Assembly (NCBI GenBank): GCA_031268035.1
Contig: JAIRXW010000027.1
Span: 1 to 50,538, forward strand
Reading direction: 5' to 3'
Source: Rickettsiales bacterium
GTDB lineage: Bacteria; Pseudomonadota; Alphaproteobacteria; Rickettsiales; UBA1997
DNA length: 50,538 nt
Below are positions 9,618 through 19,545 of this stretch, piece after piece. Below the pieces are notes generated by a model. The model did not search any database. It was not told the DNA's origin and saw nothing but the letters and a program-made list of their open reading frames with translations. Within the stretch, counting starts at the first letter, position 1; each line of letters begins with the position of its first letter. The translations under genes and the position numbers were made by a program.

Positions 9618-10874
9618 ATGCTATCTAATGGCCGCAGTCTCGTTATGATAGGTCTACTTTTGTTCTACGCCGATACCGGCGCTCTGGCTAGTAAAAATTC
9701 AAAAACATCTGAGGTTCGTAGTTCCCTAGACAATGTATCGTTTTTCGGAGGAATTAATCATCAGTTTTCTACTAATAATAACTCCGGTAAAGCTGGAGAA
9801 TTATTTGGGATTCCAGCTATAAAAAAGAGATATGATGATGTTAATACCCCAAGGCTTATGCTTGGATTGAGCTGTAATGTCGATGATAAAAATTCTCTAT
9901 TTATACAGTTTAATTCAGAGGGGAAAAATATGGCGTTGAATTATCTCTATTTTAAAAATAGGATAACCGACAATCTAGCCATAAATTTTGGTCAAATGTC
10001 AACTTTGTCTTCGATGGAAAATGATACCGGCAATCGTTCTCTTTTTAATGAAAAAACCAGAAGTAACATCGGAAACGTTCCAGAAAGGAAGAAACTAAAG
10101 AAAAAATTTGCAACCATGTTCACAACCAATGGAACTGGTGTTGGTTTGGCATATTCCACTGAACGTCTTAGTCTGGGAGGCGGACTGTATGGCAATAGTT
10201 TCGGCGATAATGATGATGACATAAACAAATTAATTTTAAATTTTAGAGGTTACACTAATCCCTATCTAGACGGCAACAATGCAGTTCATATGGGAATTAA
10301 TTGTTTTTATGAAGATAGGAAAATGTATTTTGATAGATCATCGCCCGCCGATAATATTAGCACCGTGCCCATATTTAAGACAAAAAAAATTGGCCTTGAA
10401 TTCGCTCTGAACTACGGAATATTTAATGTCCAATCGGAATATCATTTTCTGTTCGCTAAGGTGGGCAATTTCTATGACGAGTCTTCCAAAGTCTGGACCA
10501 AAAGACTCGATAATTTCTATGTGCAATTGAATGTCAGCCTGACCGGCGAAACTCTGGGGTACGACAGGGGAACATTTAGTTTCTCAAACACTAGAAACCC
10601 CCTAACAAATAACGGCTTTGGCGCCGTTGCTCTGGCAGTTAGGTTTTCAGAGAATAATCTAAATGACTATGGGGTCAGAAAACTTTTTGACTATGGTAGA
10701 CACAGGGAAATAGCAGTTGCTCTAAACTGGATTCCGGTAAAAAATTTGAGATTCACGGTTCAATTTTCTAATTTTAGAGAAAATTTCGACCTCGAAGAGG
10801 CCCAAGAACTCAATGGGTGGAAAAATATAAACTACTACAACGTCTTTAGCCTAAAGAGCGGGTTCTCTTTCTAA
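9618..10874 (+). CDS. Outer-membrane beta-barrel protein (porin-like)
   Basis: Signal peptide (LLLFYADTGALA), aromatic-rich alternating strands, and a C-terminal ...FSLKSGFSF ending in Phe, as in BAM-dependent OMPs. Confidence 0.55.
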   Translation: MLSNGRSLVMIGLLLFYADTGALASKNSKTSEVRSSLDNVSFFGGINHQFSTNNNSGKAGELFGIPAIKKRYDDVNTPRLMLGLSCNVDDKNSLFIQFNSEGKNMALNYLYFKNRITDNLAINFGQMSTLSSMENDTGNRSLFNEKTRSNIGNVPERKKLKKKFATMFTTNGTGVGLAYSTERLSLGGGLYGNSFGDNDDDINKLILNFRGYTNPYLDGNNAVHMGINCFYEDRKMYFDRSSPADNISTVPIFKTKKIGLEFALNYGIFNVQSEYHFLFAKVGNFYDESSKVWTKRLDNFYVQLNVSLTGETLGYDRGTFSFSNTRNPLTNNGFGAVALAVRFSENNLNDYGVRKLFDYGRHREIAVALNWIPVKNLRFTVQFSNFRENFDLEEAQELNGWKNINYYNVFSLKSGFSF

Positions 10875-10975
10875 AAGTTTCTCAATTAATAGGATCACAC
10901 GAACAACACATGAGCCCATCTCTCTGGAATAAATAATTGGGAGTTTTGGCCCTTCTCTGGTGATAGACCTCTGGG

Positions 10976-11851
10976 CTAGAGCTGATGTCCATAATTTTTC
11001 TGAAGAATTATGACAAAATCTAGCATGTTGAGATTCGAATTTAGTTTCACAATTGATCTTTTGTCTCCTTTCATTGTCCTGCCTATTGGTGTTCCCTCCT
11101 GCAGAAGACTGCCATCATTTGAAGTGTAGACATCTTCATCTAGCGGAATATCCGTTTCATTATTAAAAATATATCCTATGTCCAGTGTGTCGGTGCCATT
11201 TCCACAGAGAATCACTTTAAATTTGCTGGTCTCTAGGATAGCGGGTATTTTCGATCTGTGATCGGATACCAGCATGATTTCTGCCGTTTCTTTTGTTACG
11301 TTTACAACGCGGCCAACTAGATTGCCATGCCTATCCAGGACTAGATCATGCTCCGTTGTGTTCTTTCGCTCCGTTTCGCTCAGGGGGATTAGAACACTGT
11401 GGACAAACCCGTGGGTACTTATCAGATTTATTTTTTTTACCATATAATTATTTAGGGATCTCCCAGAGATAAAATTTAACACCTCCCTAAAGTCATTATT
11501 TTCATTTCTAATCATGTCGAATTCAAACAATTTTAGTCTCAGGCTAAAATTTTCCCTTACCAGTTCATTATTTTTTTTGCTGAGAGACCACATATGCGAG
11601 ACTATCGTTAGACACTTTTCCATGGTGGTGGAAATACCTCTGGTAACAAACATGAATGGCTCTAGATGATAAAACATTACAGTTCTTGCCTTTTCCCCAA
11701 ATTTTTCGTTGTTCTTGCCATAGAAGAGCAAAATTACACTGAAAATCAACAAAAAGCCGTATGAAATTTTGCTAACTATTATCTGGATGCGGTAGGCTAT
11801 AGACCAATATAGACCCCTGGGTCCCGTTCTACTCCTGTAGATAGGTTTCAT
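10976..11851 (-). CDS. mreC: Rod shape-determining protein MreC
   Basis: N-terminal TM segment and a coiled-coil segment ELVRENFSLRLKLFEFDMIRNENNDFREVL. It lies immediately downstream of mreB (the mreC ATG at 11851 abuts the mreB stop at 11852). Confidence 0.75.
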   Translation of the reverse strand: MKPIYRSRTGPRGLYWSIAYRIQIIVSKISYGFLLIFSVILLFYGKNNEKFGEKARTVMFYHLEPFMFVTRGISTTMEKCLTIVSHMWSLSKKNNELVRENFSLRLKLFEFDMIRNENNDFREVLNFISGRSLNNYMVKKINLISTHGFVHSVLIPLSETERKNTTEHDLVLDRHGNLVGRVVNVTKETAEIMLVSDHRSKIPAILETSKFKVILCGNGTDTLDIGYIFNNETDIPLDEDVYTSNDGSLLQEGTPIGRTMKGDKRSIVKLNSNLNMLDFVIILQKNYGHQL

Positions 11852-12961
<1,110 letters not shown>

Positions 12962-13225
12962 TTATAAATGAAAAATACTGACATTTATACACTCTCTAAA
13001 TCTAACCAGTGGCCACTGGCGCCGATGGTTCAATGCTAAAAAATCATCCGGAGAAAATTAGATCGAAAAACTAAAAAATTTAATAAATCATTACAAATGT
13101 TTTTGCTATGCCCCATATAATTAATTATTAAATTCAATTTACGTAGTAGGTTTTCTATTGTATTTTAAAAAATCACTGGGTACCATTCCAGGCGTATAGT
13201 GGGTAACAATAATTGATTTTTTATC

Positions 13226-13366
13226 ATGTCTACAAAGAGAACTTTTCAGCCCAGTCTCCTTAAAAGAAAAAGGACACATGGATTTTTGGCTAGAATGTCA
13301 ACTAGAGGGGGAAGACTGGTAATAAAGAGAAGAAGAGCAAAAAAACGAAGGGTACTGTCTGCCTAG
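13226..13366 (+). CDS. rpmH: 50S ribosomal protein L34 (46 aa, too short for the ORF track)
   Basis: ATG at 13226 to TAG at 13364-13366. It translates to [46 protein letters not shown], the canonical L34 pattern. Confidence 0.92.
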   Translation: MSTKRTFQPSLLKRKRTHGFLARMSTRGGRLVIKRRRAKKRRVLSA

Positions 13367-13407
13367 GGGCCCCAGTGTCGTTCCCACTGGTATGTGTTTT
13401 TTGACGG

Positions 13408-13485
<78 letters not shown>

Positions 13486-13628
13486 GAGCAATCTGTTGGC
13501 TGTCTCTGGCTTTGACTCTATATCGGCAATCCAGCTGAACTAACGACAACACCGGTGGGCTGTGAGTGCGAGGCGCTCGACAATTTCCCAGAACTCTTAT
13601 GGTTGATTTTTTTGATGGAAATCCTAGA

Positions 13629-14183
13629 ATGGGGATCATGAATTTAGTCTGTAAATCCTTTTTTGTGGCGAGTGTATGCTGTGTGGCAAATAATAGTCAT
13701 GCCTACACAATAGAAAGAGCCGGAGATATGTTGAATTTAGCAATTCCCGCCTATGCTTTTGGCGAAGCAGTGCAGGAATCAACGCAAAAATCAGATTACA
13801 CTAGCACAAAACAATTTGCCTATAGTTATATCACCGCCCTGCTAACCCAGGTTGCTATAAAGGAGCTGAAAATAGAGCAGAGACCAAATGGTGGGGACCT
13901 AAGATCGTTTCCGAGTGGGCATACCCAAAGTGCCTTCTCAGGCGCCGCATTTATCCGGAAAAGATACGGATTTAAACAGGCGATAGTTCCATATTTATTA
14001 GCAGGATTTGTTGGCTATAGTAGAGTCTACGCCAAAGCACACTACTGGCATGACGTTGTGGCAGGAGCAATGGTGGCGGAGCTATGGGCTTGGCTTCTAG
14101 TTGATAGATGCGATTCCGGAATCAACATTCTGGTTTCGGCTGATAAAAATGGAGTGAGTTTATATTTTAATTTAAAATTCTAA
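13629..14183 (+). CDS. PAP2-family (type 2 phosphatidic acid/lipid) phosphatase, secreted or membrane-associated
   Basis: All three PAP2 motifs are present: KIEQRPNG (KxxxxxxRP), PSGH, and SRVYAKAHYWHDV (SRxxxxxHxxxD). Signal-like MNLVCKSFFVASVCCVA. The start is ambiguous between 13629 and 13638; the upstream part of the track ORF overlaps the tRNA region. Confidence 0.8.
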   Translation: MGIMNLVCKSFFVASVCCVANNSHAYTIERAGDMLNLAIPAYAFGEAVQESTQKSDYTSTKQFAYSYITALLTQVAIKELKIEQRPNGGDLRSFPSGHTQSAFSGAAFIRKRYGFKQAIVPYLLAGFVGYSRVYAKAHYWHDVVAGAMVAELWAWLLVDRCDSGINILVSADKNGVSLYFNLKF

Positions 14184-14241
14184 CAGTAACCCAGTGGGGA
14201 ATGTTAGATGTGGGGCTATGTCGCCCTGTATTTTACCCGGA

Positions 14242-14913
14242 TCACTGGCTGTTTTTCCCATTTTGGATGATCTTGTTTTTTTCTATGGAACCCCAGAAGT
14301 CACAGTACGTTCGTAGAGCACAGGAGGAACATAGAGGTTTCAGAGCCTTGCATTGGTATCTTCCAAAAAGTACGAGAAAATTATTGGCCTGGGCTATGTA
14401 TTTTTTGGGAATTGTTTTTAGCAACTGTCTTTCAGTTTCCAACACAGTCTTCGCTTTCGCGATTCCAAGTCTATTGCTAACGCGAAATACATGCGTATCA
14501 ACGGCTATGGTGGGTATTCCAAAAATTATGTTAAGAACAATATTTGCCGTTTTTCTTCCCACACCATCCAAACTTACCAAATCTGTCATGTTGCCAGGCA
14601 CTTTTGAGTCAAATGTTTCAATTAATTTTCTACTTGTCGAAAGTATATGTTTAGCTTTGGTATTATTATAGTTAATACTTTTTATCAATTCTCTGAGCCC
14701 ATCGAAACCAAGGTTGACTGCGTCCTCTGGAGTTTGGACAACTCTGAACAATTTTGATGTGACTCTATTTACCCCGACATCCGTTGATTGGGCCGAAAGC
14801 ATAACGGATACCAGTAAAGTGTAGGGGTTACTGTAGCTGAGCTCCGTGAGACCCCGCTGATCGTATTCTTTGGCCAATATAGAAAATATTTTGCCAATCT
14901 TCTGTCTTGTCAT
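14242..14913 (-). CDS. nth: Endonuclease III
   Basis: HhH LVSLDGVGRKTANIVLN, catalytic-region AVDTHVFRV, and Fe-S cluster motif C-x6-C-x2-C-x5-C (CKALKPLCSSCALRTYC). Confidence 0.92.
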   Translation of the reverse strand: MTRQKIGKIFSILAKEYDQRGLTELSYSNPYTLLVSVMLSAQSTDVGVNRVTSKLFRVVQTPEDAVNLGFDGLRELIKSINYNNTKAKHILSTSRKLIETFDSKVPGNMTDLVSLDGVGRKTANIVLNIIFGIPTIAVDTHVFRVSNRLGIAKAKTVLETERQLLKTIPKKYIAQANNFLVLFGRYQCKALKPLCSSCALRTYCDFWGSIEKNKIIQNGKNSQ

Positions 14914-16031
14914 CCTAGAAATTTCTGTTTCAGAATCATCAGGGTACTTTTGAGAAAAATATATTTATTTCTAACAAACAGAACCATGCTCCTGAAAGCC
15001 TCCAGAATAACATGAATTTTGGCCGCCCGATAGCTGAAATGAATTATTGTTACCATCGTGACAAATGATAACAAAAATGTTAGGTTTGTTCCAAATACAG
15101 GTTTTATAGCATCTTCAATTCCATTTACTTTCGCAACCTTTTTAATTCTGGAGCTAGTCAGAGGATGGGAGGAGAAAATAGAAAAATAGCCCCCATTACC
15201 CAGTGGACTAAGCGCCCGCGCCATATTTTGCCCGCCTATGACCATTGCCGCCTGTCTATCTGCTCTGTATTCCACGCTTTTGCTGATCTGCAGTTGAATA
15301 AAACTATATAGATTTAGCATAATGAATCTATAGAAGAAACGCATACTAAAGTCCAGGACACCGTAAGCACAATCTATGGCTAGGGCGATGTATTGGCCGA
15401 CCACTGGAATAATTTCAAAAATCCTAGCCAAAAGTCTGAAAACCCTATCTATTATTTTAGAAACTAGACCCGTAGCTCTCTCGTTCACTAGAAGCATAAG
15501 GGCTAAAAAATAATCTTTGTTAGCTATATGGGACATCTCATGGGCCATTATGCCCTCTATAGACATCAGAAATTCCTCTCTGTTTTCCTGGCTGAGTCTG
15601 TAGCTGTTCACAAGTCCTGTGGTTAGCACCACCACATTCCTTCTCAGGCTACCAACGGCATAGGCGTTAACGTTGTCGGTTTTCTCTATATATAACTCCA
15701 CATTGGGAACAGAAAATTTAGCTCTAACGATTTCGAAAATCTCGGAAAAATTTCTGTAGCTGTCCTCTTTGTTTTTTGCTATAGAAATACTTCTCGCCGT
15801 ATAGTAAGCTATGCTGGAAGAGAATAGAAAATCGAAGAACAAAAATAGAAGCATAAGAAAACTCACAGCGGCCAGCAGAAGAAAAACTATGGATTTTGTA
15901 TATTGCACCTGTATCGACACATTTAGAAAATGTTTCCCTAGAAACACAAAAATAAATGGGCTGAGAACCAGAATGAAGTTCGCCACACTCAGCACATAGA
16001 CCAGTAGAAAACCTAGGATTTTGGAAAACAC
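14910..16031 (-). CDS. M48-family (HtpX-like) membrane zinc metalloprotease
   Basis: N-terminal TM helices, HExxH (MAHEMSHIANKD) and additional C-terminal TM helices. Confidence 0.7.
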   Translation of the reverse strand: MFSKILGFLLVYVLSVANFILVLSPFIFVFLGKHFLNVSIQVQYTKSIVFLLLAAVSFLMLLFLFFDFLFSSSIAYYTARSISIAKNKEDSYRNFSEIFEIVRAKFSVPNVELYIEKTDNVNAYAVGSLRRNVVVLTTGLVNSYRLSQENREEFLMSIEGIMAHEMSHIANKDYFLALMLLVNERATGLVSKIIDRVFRLLARIFEIIPVVGQYIALAIDCAYGVLDFSMRFFYRFIMLNLYSFIQLQISKSVEYRADRQAAMVIGGQNMARALSPLGNGGYFSIFSSHPLTSSRIKKVAKVNGIEDAIKPVFGTNLTFLLSFVTMVTIIHFSYRAAKIHVILEAFRSMVLFVRNKYIFLKSTLMILKQKFLG

Positions 16032-16047
16032 TGGGTCAATACACCTA

Positions 16048-16524
16048 TCATTTACCCCACATCACATCGGTGATTCTGTAATACCTCGTGCCATTTGGCA
16101 CTTTTATTTCTGCGGATTCTCCAACACGTTTACCGAACAGGGCATTGCCTATGGGTGAATTTAGAGAAATGACATGCTTAGATGGATCTGCTTCAAATTC
16201 ACTCAGCAGAGTGTATTGAATTTGTTTTTCCGAATCCTCATCCACCAGAGTCACTGTGGAACCAAAATCAATGGAGTCGCCGGATAAATTACTTATATCA
16301 ACAACATCGGCATTGGAAATTTTTTCTCCGAGGGTAGATATGAGCGCCTCGTTAATCAACTGTCGTTCCTTAGAGGAACTGTACTCGGTGTTTTCACTTA
16401 GATCACCAAGTTTTATAGCTTCTCCTATTTCTTCGGAAATTTTTACTCTTTCCCTGTTAATAAGTTTATCCAAATCGGCCTTTAGTCTATTGTAGCCGTC
16501 TTTTGTTATTTTAAATCTCTGCAT
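16048..16524 (-). CDS. greA: Transcription elongation factor GreA
   Basis: 158 aa. ITKDGYNRLKADLDKL...GDLSENTEYSSSKERQ and the C-terminal FKBP-like domain pattern. Confidence 0.95.
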   Translation of the reverse strand: MQRFKITKDGYNRLKADLDKLINRERVKISEEIGEAIKLGDLSENTEYSSSKERQLINEALISTLGEKISNADVVDISNLSGDSIDFGSTVTLVDEDSEKQIQYTLLSEFEADPSKHVISLNSPIGNALFGKRVGESAEIKVPNGTRYYRITDVMWGK

Positions 16525-16986
16525 AGTGGGTCCTCATTTATAGCTCGGCAAAAATACAAAAATGGAACCAGAAAACAACGTTACTGATTCCATTACCTAT
16601 GGATGGTAAGGCTAATATAACATAAAAAAAAATCAATAAACATTTTATGAAGAGAATAAAAATAACCAAGTTTTATCATTGCCTAACTAATTACCACTGC
16701 CAGATCTTGGTTGGACACTGGATGGAATAGATAGGCTTTCAGCTGAATTCACCCCATCCCCCTAATGTAGTCCCACTGGGCCGTAAACGCGCCATTTGGA
16801 ATTGCACAGTGGGGGATAAAAATTTAGCCATTGTTTTTTAAAATTATTCTGAGAATCTTTAGGAGAATTGTTTTGGTATTTATTAATTATGTTTAGAGCA
16901 GTCGTCTGACCCAGTACCCATGAGTTACGCGTTTGGTCTCTCTAGGAGACTGAGACATTGTTGTGTATTTTTAACGGGAGAAGACT

Positions 16987-18480
16987 ATGCTAAAATTAGA
17001 AGGAATTTCAAAGAGCTTTTCTGGGCAAGAAATTTTCAATGATATCAGCTTTGTATTAGACGACGGCGAAAAACTAGGTTTGCTGGGCAGAAATGGCTCA
17101 GGCAAGACCACTCTACTGAAAATTATAGGTGGAAAATTAGCCCCGGACAGTGGAAATATAACCATGTCCAAAAACTACAGAATCGGCTACCTGGAGCAGC
17201 ACTTGAATTTTAGTAGAGAGACAGTGTTAGAGGAGGCCTGTTCGGCCCTGCTGGAATACCGAGAGAGCCACTACTGGGAAGCCGAAATAGTTCTCCAGAA
17301 TATGGGCTTTTCTCCAGAGGATATATATAAATCACCTAGAGAACTCTCTGGGGGATGGCAGATAAGATTAAATATCACAAAATTACTTCTTTCCGAGCCG
17401 GATTTGCTGCTGCTAGATGAGCCTACAAATTACCTGGATATCATATCCATAAGATGGCTAAAGAGATTTTTAAACGGCTGGAAAAAATCGTTTATCCTTA
17501 TAACTCACGATCGTGGTTTTATGAATGAAACCATAGACCACACTCTAATGATCCACCGGGGGACATCTAGAAAAATCAGGGGGAATGTCGATGATATGTA
17601 CCAAAAAATCAGAGAGGAAGAGGCTATCTATGAAAAAACTCGTCTGAATGAGAATAAAAAACGTGAGCAGACACAGAGATACATAGATAGATTTAGATAC
17701 AAGGCCACACTCGCCAAACAGGTGCAATCTAAGATAAAAATGCTAGACAGGCAGGAGGAAAAGCAAAAACTAACCGATCTGGAAGATCTGGAATTCGAAT
17801 TTAACTTTAAAAGTACCATCACAAACAGACCTCTGATAGAGGTCAGTGATCTGAAGTTTTTCTACGACAGCAGCAGAGTCCTAATAAAAAATCTATCATT
17901 CAAGATAGATATTGGTGACAAAATATGTGTCATTGGCAAAAACGGCGCAGGTAAATCAACTCTGCTGGAACTTCTAGCTGGAGAAATTACACAGACTTCC
18001 GGCAGAATCCGTGTCAACGATAAAACCAGTATCGGGTATTTCGGTCAGATGAACGTCAATAGACTAAATTTAACTAATAGCATAGAGGAGGAACTGCAGA
18101 CAGTGGACGAACATCTCCCTAGAAATAGAATTCTCAGCACAGCTGGACTGATGATGTTTAGTGGGAATGATCATAGAAAAAAACTGGAAGTTCTCAGTGG
18201 GGGTGAAAGAAGCAGAGTCCTTCTGGGTAAAATAATACTGCAACCGTGTAATTTGCTGCTGCTCGACGAGCCAACAAACCATTTGGATATGGAGAGCTGT
18301 ATTTCTCTAGCTGAGTCGCTAAATATCTTTCCCGGCGCAAGCATCACGGTCACCCACGACGAGGATTTCCTGAAAAATATAGCGAATAGGCTAATTGTAT
18401 TCGATAATGGCAGAGTTTTTCTGTTTGAGGGCTGTTACAGAGATTTTCTCAGAGAGGTTAAATATAGTGACGAAAAATAA
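16987..18480 (+). CDS. ABC-F family ATPase (two fused ABC domains, no TM domain)
   Basis: Walker A GRNGSGKTT and GKNGAGKST, signatures LSGGWQ and LSGGER, and a charged inter-domain linker (EEAIYEKTRLNENKKREQTQRY). Confidence 0.85.
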   Translation: MLKLEGISKSFSGQEIFNDISFVLDDGEKLGLLGRNGSGKTTLLKIIGGKLAPDSGNITMSKNYRIGYLEQHLNFSRETVLEEACSALLEYRESHYWEAEIVLQNMGFSPEDIYKSPRELSGGWQIRLNITKLLLSEPDLLLLDEPTNYLDIISIRWLKRFLNGWKKSFILITHDRGFMNETIDHTLMIHRGTSRKIRGNVDDMYQKIREEEAIYEKTRLNENKKREQTQRYIDRFRYKATLAKQVQSKIKMLDRQEEKQKLTDLEDLEFEFNFKSTITNRPLIEVSDLKFFYDSSRVLIKNLSFKIDIGDKICVIGKNGAGKSTLLELLAGEITQTSGRIRVNDKTSIGYFGQMNVNRLNLTNSIEEELQTVDEHLPRNRILSTAGLMMFSGNDHRKKLEVLSGGERSRVLLGKIILQPCNLLLLDEPTNHLDMESCISLAESLNIFPGASITVTHDEDFLKNIANRLIVFDNGRVFLFEGCYRDFLREVKYSDEK

Positions 18481-18560
18481 TTATTCTTCTACGGTTTCTA
18501 TGCTGGAACATAGGTGCCACCCAAATATAATTGTATTACCGCACCAGTAAATCCCAGTAG

Positions 18561-18710
18561 AGTTCATCAACCAGCAGCAGAAGATATCAAATTACAGCCG
18601 AAGACTGTAATATGGCTTAGAGCCCTTAGCATATTTTTCCTAGTAGCCAGAGTAAAAGTTCCTCTTCATTCTCTAGAGTAGTATCTCTGGGCAGCGCCAT
18701 TCACAATGCC
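18561..18710. repeat. Left copy of a dispersed direct repeat flanking the 19.0-21.8 kb cassette
   Basis: The core 18595-18710 (CAGCCGAAGACTGTAATATGGCTTAGAGCCCTTAGCATATTTTTCCTAGT...) recurs at 21880-21995 with only a few mismatches. AGTTCATCA at 18561 matches 21866. Weaker homology continues (GCAGCTATGGAA...AGATATAGGCAGT near 18882-18913 versus near 22030-22077). Confidence 0.9.
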
Positions 18711-19017
18711 GGTTCTATCTATTTTTCCAGAGTTATAGTGCTAGAGAGAAATTCCACCACTAGAGAGGGAACACACAGCGCTCAGCTAAAGAATATGAGT
18801 GCTGGTGTGCTAGTTCAGCCGATATTTACTAGAATATTATCTACCCGCAGGATTTAATTTTGAAGCTTAGCATCGGGTGGCAGCTATGGAACGGCGATTA
18901 GATATAGGCAGTCCCGTCATGGACCTTTTGCACTCCCTTGACTTATTTTAAATTGAGTCTAACATATATCAGAAGTTGTTTCTATTTTATTATCAAACGT
19001 TATTTTTGGAGAGGTCT

Positions 19018-19539
19018 ATGTTTAGAAAATTGATTATTTTAGGAAGCCTACTGCTAGTTGTGTCGGGTGCCAGAGCTGCTACGATAAATATTGATGACTA
19101 TATGGAACCGTTTATCCTCGATGAGTTCGGAAAGAGAGTGGGAATGGAAGAGGAAGAGGAAGAGGAAGAGGAAGAGGAAGAGGAAGAGGAAGAGGAAGAG
19201 GAAGAGGTTTGTAAAAAGACCTATGAAAATTCGGGAGTCTATACAAAAATCATACCGGTTCATCTTATCCCAGAAGAAGAGGAAGAGAAAGAGAAAGAGG
19301 TTTATAAAAAGACCGATGAAAATTCGGGAGTCTATACAAAAGCGTTTATCCTCGATAAGGCCGGAAATAGAGTGGGAATGGAAAAGGAAGAGGTTTATGA
19401 GGGGGTCGATAAAAATTCGGGAGTCTATACAGAAATCATACCGATTCATCTTACCCCAGAAGAAGTTGCCGAGATGGTTGAAAGTTTTAGAAAAATCATA
19501 GAGAGTGGTATTTTTGCAGAACTTGCGGTAACAAAGTAA
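19018..19539 (+). CDS. Secreted acidic repeat protein with a poly-Glu tract
   Basis: ATG at 19018 is preceded by GGAGAGG. Signal peptide MFRKLIILGSLLLVVSGARA. 20 consecutive Glu. Three copies of an (E/K)NSGVYT(K/E)(I/A) module and two copies of FILD(E/K)xG(K/N)RVGME. Confidence 0.7.
   Translation: MFRKLIILGSLLLVVSGARAATINIDDYMEPFILDEFGKRVGMEEEEEEEEEEEEEEEEEEEEVCKKTYENSGVYTKIIPVHLIPEEEEEKEKEVYKKTDENSGVYTKAFILDKAGNRVGMEKEEVYEGVDKNSGVYTEIIPIHLTPEEVAEMVESFRKIIESGIFAELAVTK
19147..19206. repeat. Perfect hexanucleotide microsatellite (GAAGAG)x10 inside the CDS
   Basis: Read directly: ten uninterrupted GAAGAG units, in frame, encoding 20 Glu. Confidence 0.97.
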
Positions 19540-19545
19540 AATAAT

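Noticed and set aside
13006-13019. Perfect 14-bp palindrome CCAGTGGCCACTGG in the divergent mreB/rpmH spacer; CACTGG/CCAGTG words also recur in several other spacers
   Set aside because: It could be an operator, but a single palindrome plus a short hexamer recurring by eye is not statistically supportable without a genome-wide count.
14201-14671. 156-aa plus-strand ORF
   Set aside because: It lies entirely antisense within nth, which has HhH and Fe-S motifs.
16525-16986. Unusually long spacers (16525-16986, 18481-19017, 34959-35217, 35295-35641) screened for rRNA, tmRNA, RNase P, SRP RNA, riboswitch-like or degraded-gene signals
   Set aside because: I could recognise no conserved ncRNA motifs or residual ORFs by eye. 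A covariance-model scan (Rfam/Infernal) would be needed to exclude them.
19054-19501. Alternative-frame ORFs across the poly-Glu gene (131 aa on the minus strand with LFLF repeats; 136 aa on the plus strand with KRKRKR repeats)
   Set aside because: They are frame-shifted readings of the GAAGAG microsatellite. Only the frame starting at 19018 has an RBS, a signal peptide and coherent protein repeats.
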